Positions 51,672 through 64,000 of a stretch of 64,000 nt of DNA are shown piece by piece; within the stretch, counting starts at the first letter, position 1; each line of letters opens with the position of its first letter. Source of the DNA: Vitrella brassicaformis CCMP3155 (Eukaryota > Protista > Chromerida); the NCBI GenBank assembly GCA_001179505.1, contig CDMY01000403.1:21790-85789 (forward strand). Reading direction: 5' to 3'. The notes under the pieces were generated by a model that was not told the DNA's origin, did no database searches, and was given only the letters and a program-made list of their open reading frames with translations. The position numbers and the translations under genes are program-made.

Positions 51672-54600
51672 ATGACGAGCTTCGCGCGTCTGATTGCATG
51701 TGTGCTGGTGCTGGTGTGTGTCAATTTGTATGTGAGTGGTGTGCGTGGTCTTGACAATGGAGTGGGACGCCTGCCGCCAATGGGCTGGAACAGCTGGTAG
51801 GACAAAGGACACAGAGGACACACACACGGAGAGAGTGCGTGGATGCGCGATAGGGATGGATGGCGTGGATGCATCCCATGGATGTTGTGTGTTGCAGGAA
51901 CGCCTTTGGGATATCCCCACGGCTCATCGAACCCATCATCGAGCAAACCGCCGACCTTATGGTGAGGGAGGCGAGTGAGTTAAGTGCGATGAATGGATCA
52001 ATCCCTCTCTCCCTCCCTCCCTCCCTCCCTCTCTGCCTCCTCTGTCTGCACTGTCCGCCTGTCCGCCTGTCTGTCTGTGTCCATCCATCCATCTGTTTGT
52101 GCTGTGCTGTGCTGTGCTGTGCTGTGTGTGCAGGTGTCATTGGGTCTGAGGGACGCTGGCTACCGGTACTTGAATATCGATGACGGCTGGCAAGGCGAAC
52201 GGGACAGTGACTCACGCATCACGGTAGGTAGGAAGGTAGGTAGTACATACAATACACACCTGCGTGGCTGGCTGCACAGACGCGTGTGGGCATCGCATGT
52301 ATGTCCATCTATCTGATCTGTGTGTGCCATGCAGGTGGACGCCCAGCGGTTTCCGAGCGGCTTCAAGCACCTAGCGGATTACGCCCACGCCAAGGGCCTC
52401 CTGTTTGGCCTCTACTCGGGTGAGGTGCCTGGGTGAGGGAGTGGTGTGGTGTGCACTGCACCGATCCTATCCATGGGGGCTGGGTGGGCCGTGCGCGCAT
52501 GGACGTTTGTGTGTCTTGTCTTGTGCAGACGCCGGCACGCACACGTGTGGCGGGAAGGAGGGGTCTCTCGGCTATGAGGACATCGACGCACGCACATACG
52601 CTGGTTGGTATGACTGACCGTGTGGCGGGCATACGATCTGTGTTGGCGGGGGGGTGGGTGGACGTACGTGTAGATTGGGGTGTCGACTACCTGAAGTATG
52701 ACAACTGTTTCAACCGGTTTCTGCCCATCAGACCCAGGTAGGCACACACACACACAGCGACCCACCGATGGCAATGCATGTGATGGGTGGACGGATGGAT
52801 GGGCGTGTGTGCGCAGATTCGAGAAGATGCGCGACGCACTCAATGCGACAGGGCGGCCCATCTTCTACTCGCTCTGCGGTGCGTGCGCCCCGTCCCCCAA
52901 TGCTTCATTCACAAGGACAGCAGACATACGTCTGTCTACACACGTGTGTGCAGTGCATGTCTGTTGTGTGTGTGTGTATCGACAGAGTGGGGTGTGGACG
53001 ACGTGTGGGAGTGGGGGGCGTCTGTGGGCAACTCGTGGCGCGTGACGGACGACCTGATGGACCACTGGGACTCACTCGCACACAATGCAGACGACGCTTC
53101 ACAGCTGCACCAACACGCAGGTCAGCTGGGGGGGGGGGGGGGGGGNNNNNNNNNNNNNNNNNNNNNNNNNNNNNNNNNNNNNNNNNNNNNNNNNNNNNNN
53201 NNNNNNNNNNNNNNNNNNNNNNNNNNNNNNNNNNNNNNNNNNNNNNNNNNNNNNNNNNNNNNNNNNNNNNNNNNNNNNNNNNNNNNNNNNNNNNNNNNNN
53301 NNNNNNNNNNNNNNNNNNNNNNNNNNNNNNNNNNNNNNNNNNNNNNNNNNNNNNNNNNNNNNNNNNNNNNNNNNNNNNNNNNNNNNNNNNNNNNNNNNNN
53401 NNNNNNNNNNNNNNNNNNNNNNNNNNNNNNNNNNNNNNNNNNNNNGGGGGGGGGGGGGGGGGGGTCGCCGGCCCGTGCGGTGCGTGGGAATGCACACGTA
53501 CGGTAGGTACACTCAGCCGTTCGTGTGGGTGGGTACTGTGTGTGCGTGTGCAGGTCCTGGTAGTTGGAATGACTGGGACATGCTGCAGGTGGGCAACGGC
53601 GGCCTCAGGTGGATCGAGGAGCAGGCACACTTCGCCATGTGGTGCCTCAGCAAGAGCCCACTCGTCATCGGCACCGACCTGCGCAAGTAAGCCAGACAGC
53701 ACAGCACAGCACATGGATGTGCCTGCATCGATACACTGTCTGTGTCTCGGTGAGTGCAGGATCTCCCCTGACGCACTGGCTCTGCTCAAGAACGAAGAGC
53801 TCATCGCTGTCCACCAAGTAAGTGAAGTGCGCACCGCACCCTCGCGCGCCGACGTTTGATGTCGATGCGTGTGTATGCCCATGCGCATTTCATTTGCGTG
53901 TGTGTTCACATCACAGGACCCCCTGGGCAAGGCCGCCAGACTCGCGTGGCACAAAGGGCCCTACCGGTGGGTGCGTCCGAGTGTGTGTGTCCACATTGGC
54001 GTACACCGAAAGAATACGTGAGATCTGGCCAGTGCGTATCTACCAGTGTGTGTGTGTGTGTGATCAGGGTCTTTTCGGCTCCGCTGGCTGACGGCTCGGT
54101 GGCCGTGGTCATCTGGAACAGACACACGCACTTCAATGGTACCTTACCTCCAGCCCACACCTATTGCAATGGCTTCTGTAGTGTTTGACTGTCTGTGACG
54201 CTGCAGCGTATTTCTACGACGACGGGAGTCAGTGCAACTACACCACGGCCACATTTCCCATCCCCAAGAAACTCATGAACCACACCGAGTACTTCAAACC
54301 GGTGCGCATACGGAGGGAGACACATGTGATGGGTGGATGGATGGCCGTGTGTGTATACTCGAGCCATGTCTGTCTGTCTGTCTGTCTGTCAGCCGCCCGA
54401 CCACCACCCACACACAAGGCGGAGACGACGGCTGCAAGATGAGGTGCGTCTCCCTGTCTGTCTGTCCACAGTCCATGCGGCTCATCCGTTCGTGTGTGCG
54501 TGTGTGTGTGTGCAGCGGGGTGATACGTCGGTTCCGCCAGACGACACCAACGGGTGGGACCCGCCGTGCAAGGACAACCCCCGCGGCAACACAGTGCAGG

Positions 54601-55001
54601 TGCGCCTCGCCTGGTTCGCCGCTGACATGAACCTCGACACTGTCAAAGGTGCGGTGCGCTCGTATCCCACCCAACCAACACAAGGCGTGGCGCAAGCAGC
54701 CACAGCGAGCGTCATGTAGGCAGGTATCTGTGTGTGTGCATACCTTTCTGTTCTGTGTGTGTGCAGGGGTGAGGGTGAGAGACATGCTGCTGAAACAAGA
54801 CATGGGCACCAGGATGGGTAGGCACGCAGGCAGGTGATGCACACACGACACGTGGACACACACGTTTTTGTGTCTTCAGGTGACTCCTTTCCGATTGACG
54901 TCCGCAACCACGGTGCGAGAGCGCTGCGGCTGACACCAGTATATGACGGCAATCACCAGCAGCAGCAGCAGCAGCAGGCCGACATTGTGCACTATGCGTA
55001 G
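51672..55001 (+). CDS. Secreted GH27 alpha-galactosidase (melibiase)
   Basis: Signal peptide then [46 protein letters not shown] (nucleophile), SWRVTDD (acid/base), [45 protein letters not shown]. Confidence 0.93.
53146..53446. other. Assembly gap flanked by poly-G runs, inside a GH27 intron
   Basis: About 300 N with roughly 18 G on each side. Confidence 0.95.
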
Positions 55002-55060
55002 ATGGGCGCATGACTGTTTCTGTATGTGTATCGGTCGTCGATACGTGCTCTGCGTGTTTG

Positions 55061-55091
<31 letters not shown>

Positions 55092-55549
55092 TTAGTTGAC
55101 ACTTTGCTGCATCGCATCGCATCGCATCGCATCATGATGCGATGCGATGCGATGCACCCACCGATGAGTCCACTCCACCTGCAGCCAGCACAGTGCAGTG
55201 CTTTGCTTTGCTTTGCTTTGCTTTGCGCACATTTTGTGTGTATGTCATGTCTAGACGTGAGTTACAGACCTACAGCACCGGCCATGATGAGCTCCTAGGG
55301 CCATGGTGTACGTGTCATTTCTCTGTGTGTCGCCTGTAGAAGGTGCGGCCATCGACGACCCTTGTGTGTCGAACAAAGTGTGGTCGATCTGTCTGTATAA
55401 GTACGTCTCCACAACCACGTATCGTCCCCGTCCGGCGATCTTGCGATCCAAATTCTGACAAGTGTTCTCAGTCTTGGAAAGGCTTCCTTGCTTTCAGTTT
55501 CACGAGCGGTTTGCCGAGTGGGCTTGGCGTGAGTTGGCTACGTTTCTGC

Positions 55550-56841
55550 ATGACAATGCTCGGCTTTGTCATCGTTTTCCTCACCATCCTGTCCCTCTCG
55601 TCGTTCGTCTTCCTGGTCTCGTCGAGCATATTTGCTCCGCGCGGCAGCGTCCAGTGGCATGAGATTGGCCCAGGGGCTGATGAGTCGGACTTCACGACCG
55701 GCTTTGTTGTTCCGAAGAGGAGGACACAAGACCACCGTGGGCCACCGGCGTTCATCTTTCCTGACGGCTGGCCGTCGAATCATGTCAACGACAGCGGCGT
55801 TTCCTGCAACACGTTTCCTCGTGTCATCCACCAGACGTGGAAGGATGGAAAGACGATGCCCATCAGGTTCAAGCAATGGATGGCCTCCTGGTTTGAGCAC
55901 CAGCCGGAGTGGCGGCATGTTCTCTATGACGACAGAGCGCTCGAGGCCCTCGTTGCTGAGCACTTCCCCGAGTGGCTGGCCAAGTATAAGAGACTGCGGG
56001 GCGTAGAAAAGGCTGACCTCGGCAGAATGCTCGTCGTCTTTGTTCGTGGTGGTGAGCAGGAAAGGGACAGAGAGAGACACCACACACCAACTGGCGGCCG
56101 ATGGCATGTCGTTAATTGTGTCCCCGTTGTCCCTTTGCAGGTGTGTATGTCGATGTGGATTTTGAGTCGATCAAATCGCTAGGACCTTTGCTAGACGAAG
56201 CCGAGAAACGATGCCGAGGCGTCATTCTATCAGAGGAGACCCTCGTCCACTCGTATCTGCTCGAGCGCCATAGCGAGCAAGATCGGCCGTTCGTGAGCAA
56301 CGCCTTCATTGCGGCGGCGCCAGAACAGCCATTCGTGAAGGCCTTCTTGCACAGAGTGCTGGACAAGCGACTGCGAAAGGGGCTTCCGACCTACAGAGAC
56401 CCCGTCACGAGCGGCTCACGGGAACTGACCAAACTGGTGCATGAAGTTCTCAAAGTCAATGACGGATCTCTCGGTATGTCGCTCACACAGACACACACAG
56501 GGAGAGAGAGGGCCTTCTGTGTATGGGTGTGGATGCGTGTAGGGTCTATCTGGGTGCTGCCCTTCAACGTTATGTTTCCCGAGATCTGCCAGTGGAATGT
56601 GGGCGCGATGAGGGAAAAGTGCGTCGGCGACCGTCCAGTCCACTCGCTGAGAGACATGGAGTGGGCCATCAAGGGCTGCCCAATGCTCGCGGCGGCCATG
56701 GCGAATACGAGTGCCTTTTTTGACGACACGACATTGGCTGTGCACCACTGGCAGTGCTCATGGTGTCCTGGTAGAGAGCATTCGGCACGCGACGAGACCT
56801 TCGTTGTGGCAGCAGAGTTGCCAGACATGCGTGTTGCTTGA
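55550..56841 (+). CDS. GT32 (DXD / OCH1-like) type II membrane glycosyltransferase
   Basis: N-terminal TM MLGFVIVFLTILSLSSFVFLV; FPRVIHQTWK; EKADLGRMLVVFVRG spliced to GVYVDVD (DXD motif); SNAFIAAAPEQPFV; LAVHHWQCSW. Confidence 0.88.
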
Positions 56842-57552
56842 TGTGTAGCTTAGCAGGCTCGTACGCGTGTGTGTGTGTGTGTCGGTGTGCACATGGAGGT
56901 GTGTTTTTCTGACCTGTCTGTACATAATGTGCTCAGAGTATTTTTTCATCCCCTGAACGTATGTAACCTGCGTGCAGCTGAGCTGTCCACTCGAGATGGG
57001 AACAAAATAACACAGTTACAGCATGAGAATAGAGGAGGCAATGCACGCACGCCCTTCCATGTCAGCAGCTGGCATGCGGCTACTCACGTCGACCAGTCCA
57101 TTTGCACACCCCCAGAACCACACACACACGCACACACACACACATACACACTTCTCACCGGCACAGCACTCACGCGGTCCACCGCAATGCGAGGGCGTGT
57201 CGAACACGGTATGAATAATGACATTATCAACACCTGAACGACGAAGATCAACCAGGCACCTCCTTATGTATGTGTGTCGACTTTGTGTCTCTAATTGTGC
57301 ATTTATATTTATTGCAGTTGACCCTCCTGCACACTAAGAATGGAATGGGTGTCCATACTTAGCGTGCAATGTCTGTACGCCGAGACACAGACAGACAGAC
57401 AGACAGACCATATAACATCCTAATGGTCAGACGGCCAGCTAAGCTTAAGTGTCCATATATGTCCCACTCGTACTCCAAATACATACGCCCGCATACCCAT
57501 CAACCAAACTATCCATGCCGCACCCCTCACACACCACCCGCCCGCCATTCAA

Positions 57553-60500
57553 TCAATACCCATTTCCTCTTGTCTTCTTTTTCTTTTTCTTCTTCTGCTT
57601 CTTCTTCTTCTTCTTTGCTGCTGCTTGCTTGGCCTTCACTCCCAGCACAGCAGATGCCTGGCCCTTCCGACCGTCGTGCAGCACAGGCACCACCCGAAAG
57701 TAATAATAGCCAGTGGAGCAGCCGCCTCCCGTTTTGGCCGCCCCACCCCCACCACACGGGTGGCTGAAGTCGCCCTGGCGTACTGCTTGCATGGTGTGTT
57801 GGTCGAGCGGCCACCGGTGTTCGAAGAGCCGCTTGTTCAGGCGACCGAGGAGCAGTGACGGGGGCGAGGACAGGCCGCCATACACCTCCCATTCCTGCAA
57901 CACCGATCGGCCAACAGACAGAGAGTGAGACATAGATACATACATACATAGATTCATGGGTACCTACCTTGACGTTCGTGGCGCCATTCCAGCTGAAATG
58001 GAGTGCCGCCGGGATGGGTGTGTCTGTGTCTGCTGCTGCTGGTAGTGGCTCGTTCATGGTGAGGAGGGGTGGGCGTGTCGGCCGCGACCACCAGACGCCC
58101 TTGTAGGTCGAGTATGCACCGTTGGCTGACGTCAGCTTCATCTCAAACACCGTTGACCCGTCGGCCGTCACCTGCACAGCACACACAGCACCATCTGGTG
58201 TGTCTCTCTCTGTGCCTGGTGCCTTACCTCTTGGTAGAATGGTGTCTCTTTGTTTGCGAGGCCTCCCCAGTTTATGCCCGTGTTGCCGTTTGCAAACCGC
58301 TGCACCCACCCCATTGCAAGGCCGTACGGCCCTCGATGCTCCCACACCGTCTTGACCGAATAAGGGAAATCACCGTCAGAGGTGGTGCTGCTGTTGTGTT
58401 TGATGATCTTGAGCTCCAGTGCGCGAGAGTATTTGGGTGTGCTGCCGTCGCCGGGCGGCGGGTTGCGGTTGTCGAACAGAGTGATGTGCCCGCTTCCCAC
58501 TGGACACACAGCACAGCACAGCACAGCACAGCACAGCAACCGATGAGAACTTGGCGTGGCGGTGCGTTCCCCGTGTGTCCTACACATTCGGACGTGGTGC
58601 TGCTCCCTGAATCTGCTGTCCTCGTCGATGGCGAAGTCATTGAACAACCGGTCGGTTGCCGAGCCTGCGCACACGTACAGCACAGCACAGCACAGCAAAG
58701 CACAGCACCCCCTCACACACACTCACCTGTGCTGTGCCCATGAGTCATCCCGCCCACCTCCCAGCATCCAGTTAATTCTGCCGGTGTTGACATCGACCTC
58801 CAAAACGTTCAAATGCCGCAGCGACACCAGCAGGTTGCCGTCAGGGGTGAACGAGACCGAGTTGATGTGTGCGACATCCATCGGTCCGTTTGGGTTGGCC
58901 TTTTGCCGCTCGATGAGGGCCTCGACTGAGCCCTCGTGCCGGAGAACCAGCTCAGGGATCGGCCAGGTGTCGGACGCTCGCCTGAAAGAGGAAGAAGAGA
59001 CAGGACAGACAGATGGATCGACACACAACACAGGAAGGGGGGGAAGGGGCTGTACCATTCCATGACGATGTTGTCATCCTCATCCAGCACTTGCACAATG
59101 GGCACGTACACCCACACCTCACTCAGCCTGTCATCGGCCCCACTCGCCCCACCCTTGTTCTCCTTTTCCCTGAGCCACCGACCGACGTCTGTCAGCTGAG
59201 TGTCGACGATGAGGAAGGCCCTTCTCTTGCCGTCAGCCGAGATGGCAATATCGTGCTGGTCTGCTTGGTAGCCGTGTCCCGCCTTGTGTGTCCTGACGCG
59301 CTGCAGGTCATGGTTCATTTCCACCCACTTGGTGGCCCCACGTCGCTTCCCTTCCCTGATGCACGGACGCACACAGCCATGTGTCAGTCAGTCGTGTCTT
59401 GTGGCGGCCAGACACACGCGACTTAATGCCGCCCACCTGTCGGTGACGTTCAGTCTGTCCCTGTAGATGAGGTTGCCCCTCTGCCCCATCTCGTCAGTCA
59501 GCCGGACGACACGCTGCTTGGCCTGGCTCGTGTGGCGCCGCCAATAGACCAGCTGCCCGTGCTTGTCGGTTATGATCAGATATGGCCGCTCGTTGCCGGG
59601 CGTGTCGTTGCCGTATTTGCTGTGGGAGACGACGAGGGTGTTGAACATGATATGGCCCGGTGCGACCTCGGACGACTCTTTGATGGGCTGAGTGACCTGC
59701 CAGTGGGGGAAGGTTGCAGGAAGGTCTCGCTCAGCATCGTGGGATATACCCGTCGAAACGCTTCCTCGTCCTTCGGCCAGCTGCTGCCTTCGATCTCACA
59801 GCCAGCACTGCTGGCTGCAGAAGCGGTGTGGGCGTCCACCAGGGGCGGCTCTTCTGCTTGCTGCTGCTCCTGGTGAGGCTGCCCGGCAGGCTGCTCGGTG
59901 CTTGTGGACAGTGAGGGAAAGGCAGATGGCATGAAGGGACCGTAGAGATGCCATTCAGCTGCGTCCGCGTCAGGACCTTTTCTTCGATAGTTGGCCTTTG
60001 CTTCAGCCCGCCACTCCTCGGCACCGTCATCGGGATCAGTAAATGGGCCGTCATATAGCCGCAGCGGGTTGGGAGAGACCCTGAATTGCCACATCACCCC
60101 ACCCATGGCCGTCCCATCCTCACCCAAGATACCACTAGCCACCTTGACAGTCACCGTTTCGCCCGCCTTGAAAAGTCGCAGGGGCGTCCACAGCAGCGTC
60201 CGGCCGTCGCGTGTCAGCAGCACTTTGCCGCCCACGAAGCCGCCCTCGTCTGCTCGCACCCGGACCTTGTCTCTGATGGATGGCCTCTTCAGTTGAATCG
60301 GTGCTCGCAATGCGATGGACGTCTTGGGTGAAACGAGGATGGCGCGCGGCTTGGGGTGGCGGTAGATGAAGCCGTCTGCCGCCGACGGCTCTGTCCTCAG
60401 GTTGGCCGAGTCAGTCCAGCTTTCCCACTGGGCTTCCGTCATGTCGCTGGCGTCCTCGACATCGGCAGGATCATCAGCTCCAGCGAGTGCAGCTTCCGAA

Positions 60501-60754
60501 GAGCGTTGCTCACGGTCTGCCCTCTCCTGGTGCGGTAATGGCTCGGCCGAGAAGTCTGGCTCGATGGGAGCGAAGGTGCGTCTGCCGTCATCAAGGACCT
60601 GCTGGCACGGGGAGGGGCCGGTTGCAGCGTCGGGGGGCTGACCGACTGCAGAGAGGGGTAGTGAAAGGAGAAGGACATGTGCGTATATAGACAAGATGCG
60701 AGGACGATGGAGGGGAGCCAGCGGATGCGAATCTTCGTGTCCGCCAATGCGCAC
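57553..60754 (-). CDS. Secreted arylsulfotransferase (ASST-family beta-propeller) with N-terminal Ig-like region and poly-Lys tail; start codon unresolved
   Basis: Signal-like HVLLLSLPLSAVG; Ig-like LLWTPLRLFKAGETVTVKVASGILGEDG...WQFRV; ASST motifs DQHDIAI, DVAHINSV...LLVSLRH, FREQHHVR, ITLFDN, GWVQRFANGNTGINWG, LHFSWNGATNV. Confidence 0.82.
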
Positions 60755-62100
60755 TGAATTAACTGGACCACGACCTGATTCAGATTTGATGTACTATTAT
60801 TTGAGCGCACGTTTAATAGTGACCCATAATGCATGCAGCTAGTAGTGACCAGTCCTCTCGGACGGCACACACACGAAGAGGAGTCCATTGGCGTGCGTGG
60901 AGTTCGGGACTCGCGAGTTTTTAGCGAGCGAGGCACGCTCTTATCCGAAGTTCGTGTTTGTTTGTTCGTAATTGGGGCCATCGAGACTTTTTCATTCGGT
61001 ACCGTCTTTCTGATGGGGGCCTCCATGCGAGCTTGGGGGCTTTGCATTCACTGGCATTTCTCCCGACCCCCCGACGGAGGAGGGCAACTCATGTATTTGG
61101 TGGCTTGTCGGTGTGGTGCCCCCCACTCGATCTGATCTGCACACACGTGCACTGCACCAAAGCATCCATCGTACGTCCATATGGACGTCCATCCACATGA
61201 TATGCCCCGTGTGTTGTGTTATGGGGAGACGGAACTGCAATCAATAGGGTCGGTCCACACAAACACAGATACGTCACTGTCAACCTCACTCACCATCATT
61301 TCAGTCACTATTTACAGAAACAGGCAGACGACCCGGAAAGGCAGCAGACGGGCAGTCAGCAAAACACCCACCCACCCACACCCCAGCCCAGCCCACTCGA
61401 TCTGATCAAGAAAAGCGGCACTACACAGACAGGCAGACAACACAACGAGGGAGTCAAAACGCAGCATGAGAACCCCCCACCCCCCCCACCCCCCCGCAAC
61501 CGCGTGCGTTATGCAGGTGAGCATCCGTCCGTGTACGTACGGGCTGCCAGACCCGAATGGCTGCTGCCAGTGGCTACGAGCTAAGCAACCTTGCCCCACA
61601 CCATCCATCCCACACCACAGCACACCCCATGGCAAACCCCTCTTCACAATGGTCCTCCCCAGTAGGTGAATGAATTCACACCTGTGTCATCTCTCTCTCT
61701 CATCTGAGTGTACGTGTGTGTGTTGTGTGTTGTGTGTGTGTGTGTGTGGCTGCAGCAGGCTACTCAGGCGACGCAAAACATGGCATGGAATGGATAGAAT
61801 CTGTGGACGGAATGGATGGATGGATGGATCAAGGAATGGATGTAACGTAACCGACTCACAACAATCCCCTGCCCCCGACTGACAACAAACGATTGGCCTG
61901 CCTAGCTACCCACTCACTCACTCACTCACTGCATATGTATGTGCGATACCACCCATACCATCCCCCCGCTCGGCCTCTCTCCCCTACGCCATACATCCCC
62001 CCGCCCCGCCCGCCACCCCAGGAAGTACGTGCCCTATCTATCCACTGCAGTCATTGCATGTGTGTCTGTGTCGGTGATCATCAGATGAGGTCGGTCATGG

Positions 62101-64000
62101 TCAGTAGAGCAGCTCCATTTGTTCGTCCCTGACGGCAGCATCGAGGTCGATGGCGGTGCAGTTCTGCACGGCATACAGCAGCCTGGACCGGAGGATCTCG
62201 GGGGAGCTGTAGGTCGGCAGCACCAGCCGGAAGCCGCACGTGGCGCTCGTCGGGAGGCGGTTGTCGCGCACCTGGATGTCATTCACATACGCAGGCAGAC
62301 ACACACGTAGGTCGGTCATTGCATTGGGGCGGCACATTGCGTCGCGTCGCGTGTGTATGGTAGGTAGGTACTGACTTCGTGTGACTCGAGGTCGACGCTG
62401 AGGCGCCAGTCGTTGCGGGATGTGGGCAGACGAGACCGACCCGACACAAACCTGATTGATTGACACAGAATACATACAAAGATCTTCTTGCTTGCGTGAG
62501 GGTGTCTGTCTGTCTGTCTAGTGTACCTGAGGAAGTTCTGCAGTTGTTCGTTGGTGAACGTGTGGAGTATGTCGAAGAGCCGCTGCTTGAGACCGGGGTC
62601 AGACGAAATGGTGTGGCTCTGCAGCACCTGCAGGTCGATCCGGCCCTCACCGCAAACCAGCTGCTCCAGCTGACAAGGCGAATACAGCAGCCGCAGCCGG
62701 CCCAGGGGCAGCACCGACCCTACACCTTGCAACAACCGCTGCAGCCCCTTCTGCCCCTCCTGCAGACGACACTTCTCCGACAGGGAGATGAACAGCGGCA
62801 GGTTGGCGCTCGTCACCGGCACGTCGGCGCCGCCCTCGATGAGCTCGAAGGCCACGCCGGTGCTGTCCTCCGTCTGGAAAGTCAGGTCGCCCAGCGATAA
62901 ACGCACCTGACAAACAGAGAGAACACATATGCAGACGGGCATTCTCTGTCTGCCTTGTATGTCCATGTGTCTGTCTGTCTGGTTGGTGGTTACCTGTTCG
63001 TCCCACGCTTGATGTCCCTCAATGGCGAGTGCCCTCATCTGCCGCAACATCTCGACAGCCACACTGTCGGCGTCATTAAGGTCCTGGCATGGCATGGCAT
63101 GCATGAGGGACAAAACCACAATGAATGTCCATCCCATCCGATGGCCATCCGTCCATCCCGTCCGTGTGTCTGTGTGTAGGTGCATCCGTCCGTCAGTCAC
63201 CTGTAGTGATATGGGCATGGCCGTGAGCTTCTTCCATATGAGGGGGTTGAGTGTGAGGTTCAGCGGCGAGGCTATCGTCATGACCATACCCATGAACCGC
63301 CCCAGCGCCTCAAGCATCCTGAGCTCCGCCTTCACGCGCTGATCCGCACCAGACAGGCCCTCCTCGCCCTCCCCAATGTCGCCAGCCGAGCCCCCCCTCT
63401 GGCCAGACTCCGATGGCGGGTCCCGCCTGTGTGGTGGGTGGGATGGGGTGACCTCTCGGTCTCTGGGTGCTGCCCTGCGTGGCTGCTGCCACCGCAGACC
63501 CGCCTGTGCTGCGTCATTAATGGTGAATGGGTCTTCGTGGAGCGCCGACGTGTGTGTGGGGTCTGGGTATCCGTAGCTGAAGTGGTCGTCGGTCACTCCG
63601 GGCCGGTTGGGGTGGCGACGGGGGGACGGGCTGCGGGCGCGGCGGTCGCGGGATTGGAGGGAATCGTCACTGAGAGACACAGAATACAGAGAAAAGAGGA
63701 AGCAAGCCATCACATCATGTATGTGTCGTCAGATCCGTTCAAGGACTGACATACCGTCCGATAGATCCAGCAGTCCCCCTTGGAGACGAGAACGACCTGG
63801 GCCGGCCCCCAGCGGCAGCAGCGGCTCCCATGCCGGTGGTGTCGTCGTCCCCCTCCTTGCCCTCATCGTCCTTGTCGCTCCGCAGCGACGACCGATCAGC
63901 GCCTCTCGGTGGCTGGGGGGGCGGAGGGGGACCGGGGCCATCGTCCTCCATGGGTCGCGCGCTAAGCTCCAGGGCCATGCGCAGGTCGCGGTCGTCATCG
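62101..64000 (-). CDS. HECT E3 ubiquitin ligase, 3' portion (gene continues beyond the window)
   Basis: LEALGRFMGMVM...LNLTLNPLIWKKL; FELIEGGADVPVTSANL; LEQLVCGEGRID; FLRFVSGRSRLP; LPTSATCGFRLVLPTYSS...LLYAV with the catalytic Cys. Confidence 0.92.

Noticed and set aside
53128-53464. Poly-G tracts as a functional G-quadruplex element
   Set aside because: They flank an N gap inside an intron. Most likely one homopolymer broke the assembly, and its true length is unknown.

Overview
Intron-rich, GC-rich eukaryotic nuclear DNA with (GT/CA)n, (GGAT)n, (CAGA)n and (GGGA)n microsatellites in introns and spacers. Several bipartite plastid leaders, a nuclear split COX2B and a CEP89-like flagellar gene point to a photosynthetic alveolate (chromerid, probably Vitrella-like; inferred). 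I reconstructed about 20 spliced genes by hand, so exon boundaries are manual and several starts and ends are uncertain. In order: 5'-truncated pseudokinase; tandem family of small putatively plastid-targeted membrane proteins (one copy probably an assembly duplicate across an N gap); plastid helical-repeat (HPR/OPR-like) protein; frameshifted NTPase remnant; HAD-like gene; PTH2; an in-frame SBPase-IspH fusion; RCC1-like + AT-hook + chromodomain gene; Patched/SSD transporter; CEP89-like; PKA regulatory subunit; CCCH zinc-finger protein; COX2B; a possible DP-like protein; a hypothetical gene; GH27 alpha-galactosidase; GT32 glycosyltransferase; arylsulfotransferase; and the 3' end of a HECT ligase. 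The standout is the SBPase-IspH fusion (15427-19599, minus), which joins a Calvin-cycle enzyme and the last MEP isoprenoid enzyme behind one plastid leader. No rRNA, tRNA, CRISPR array or intact transposon was recognised.
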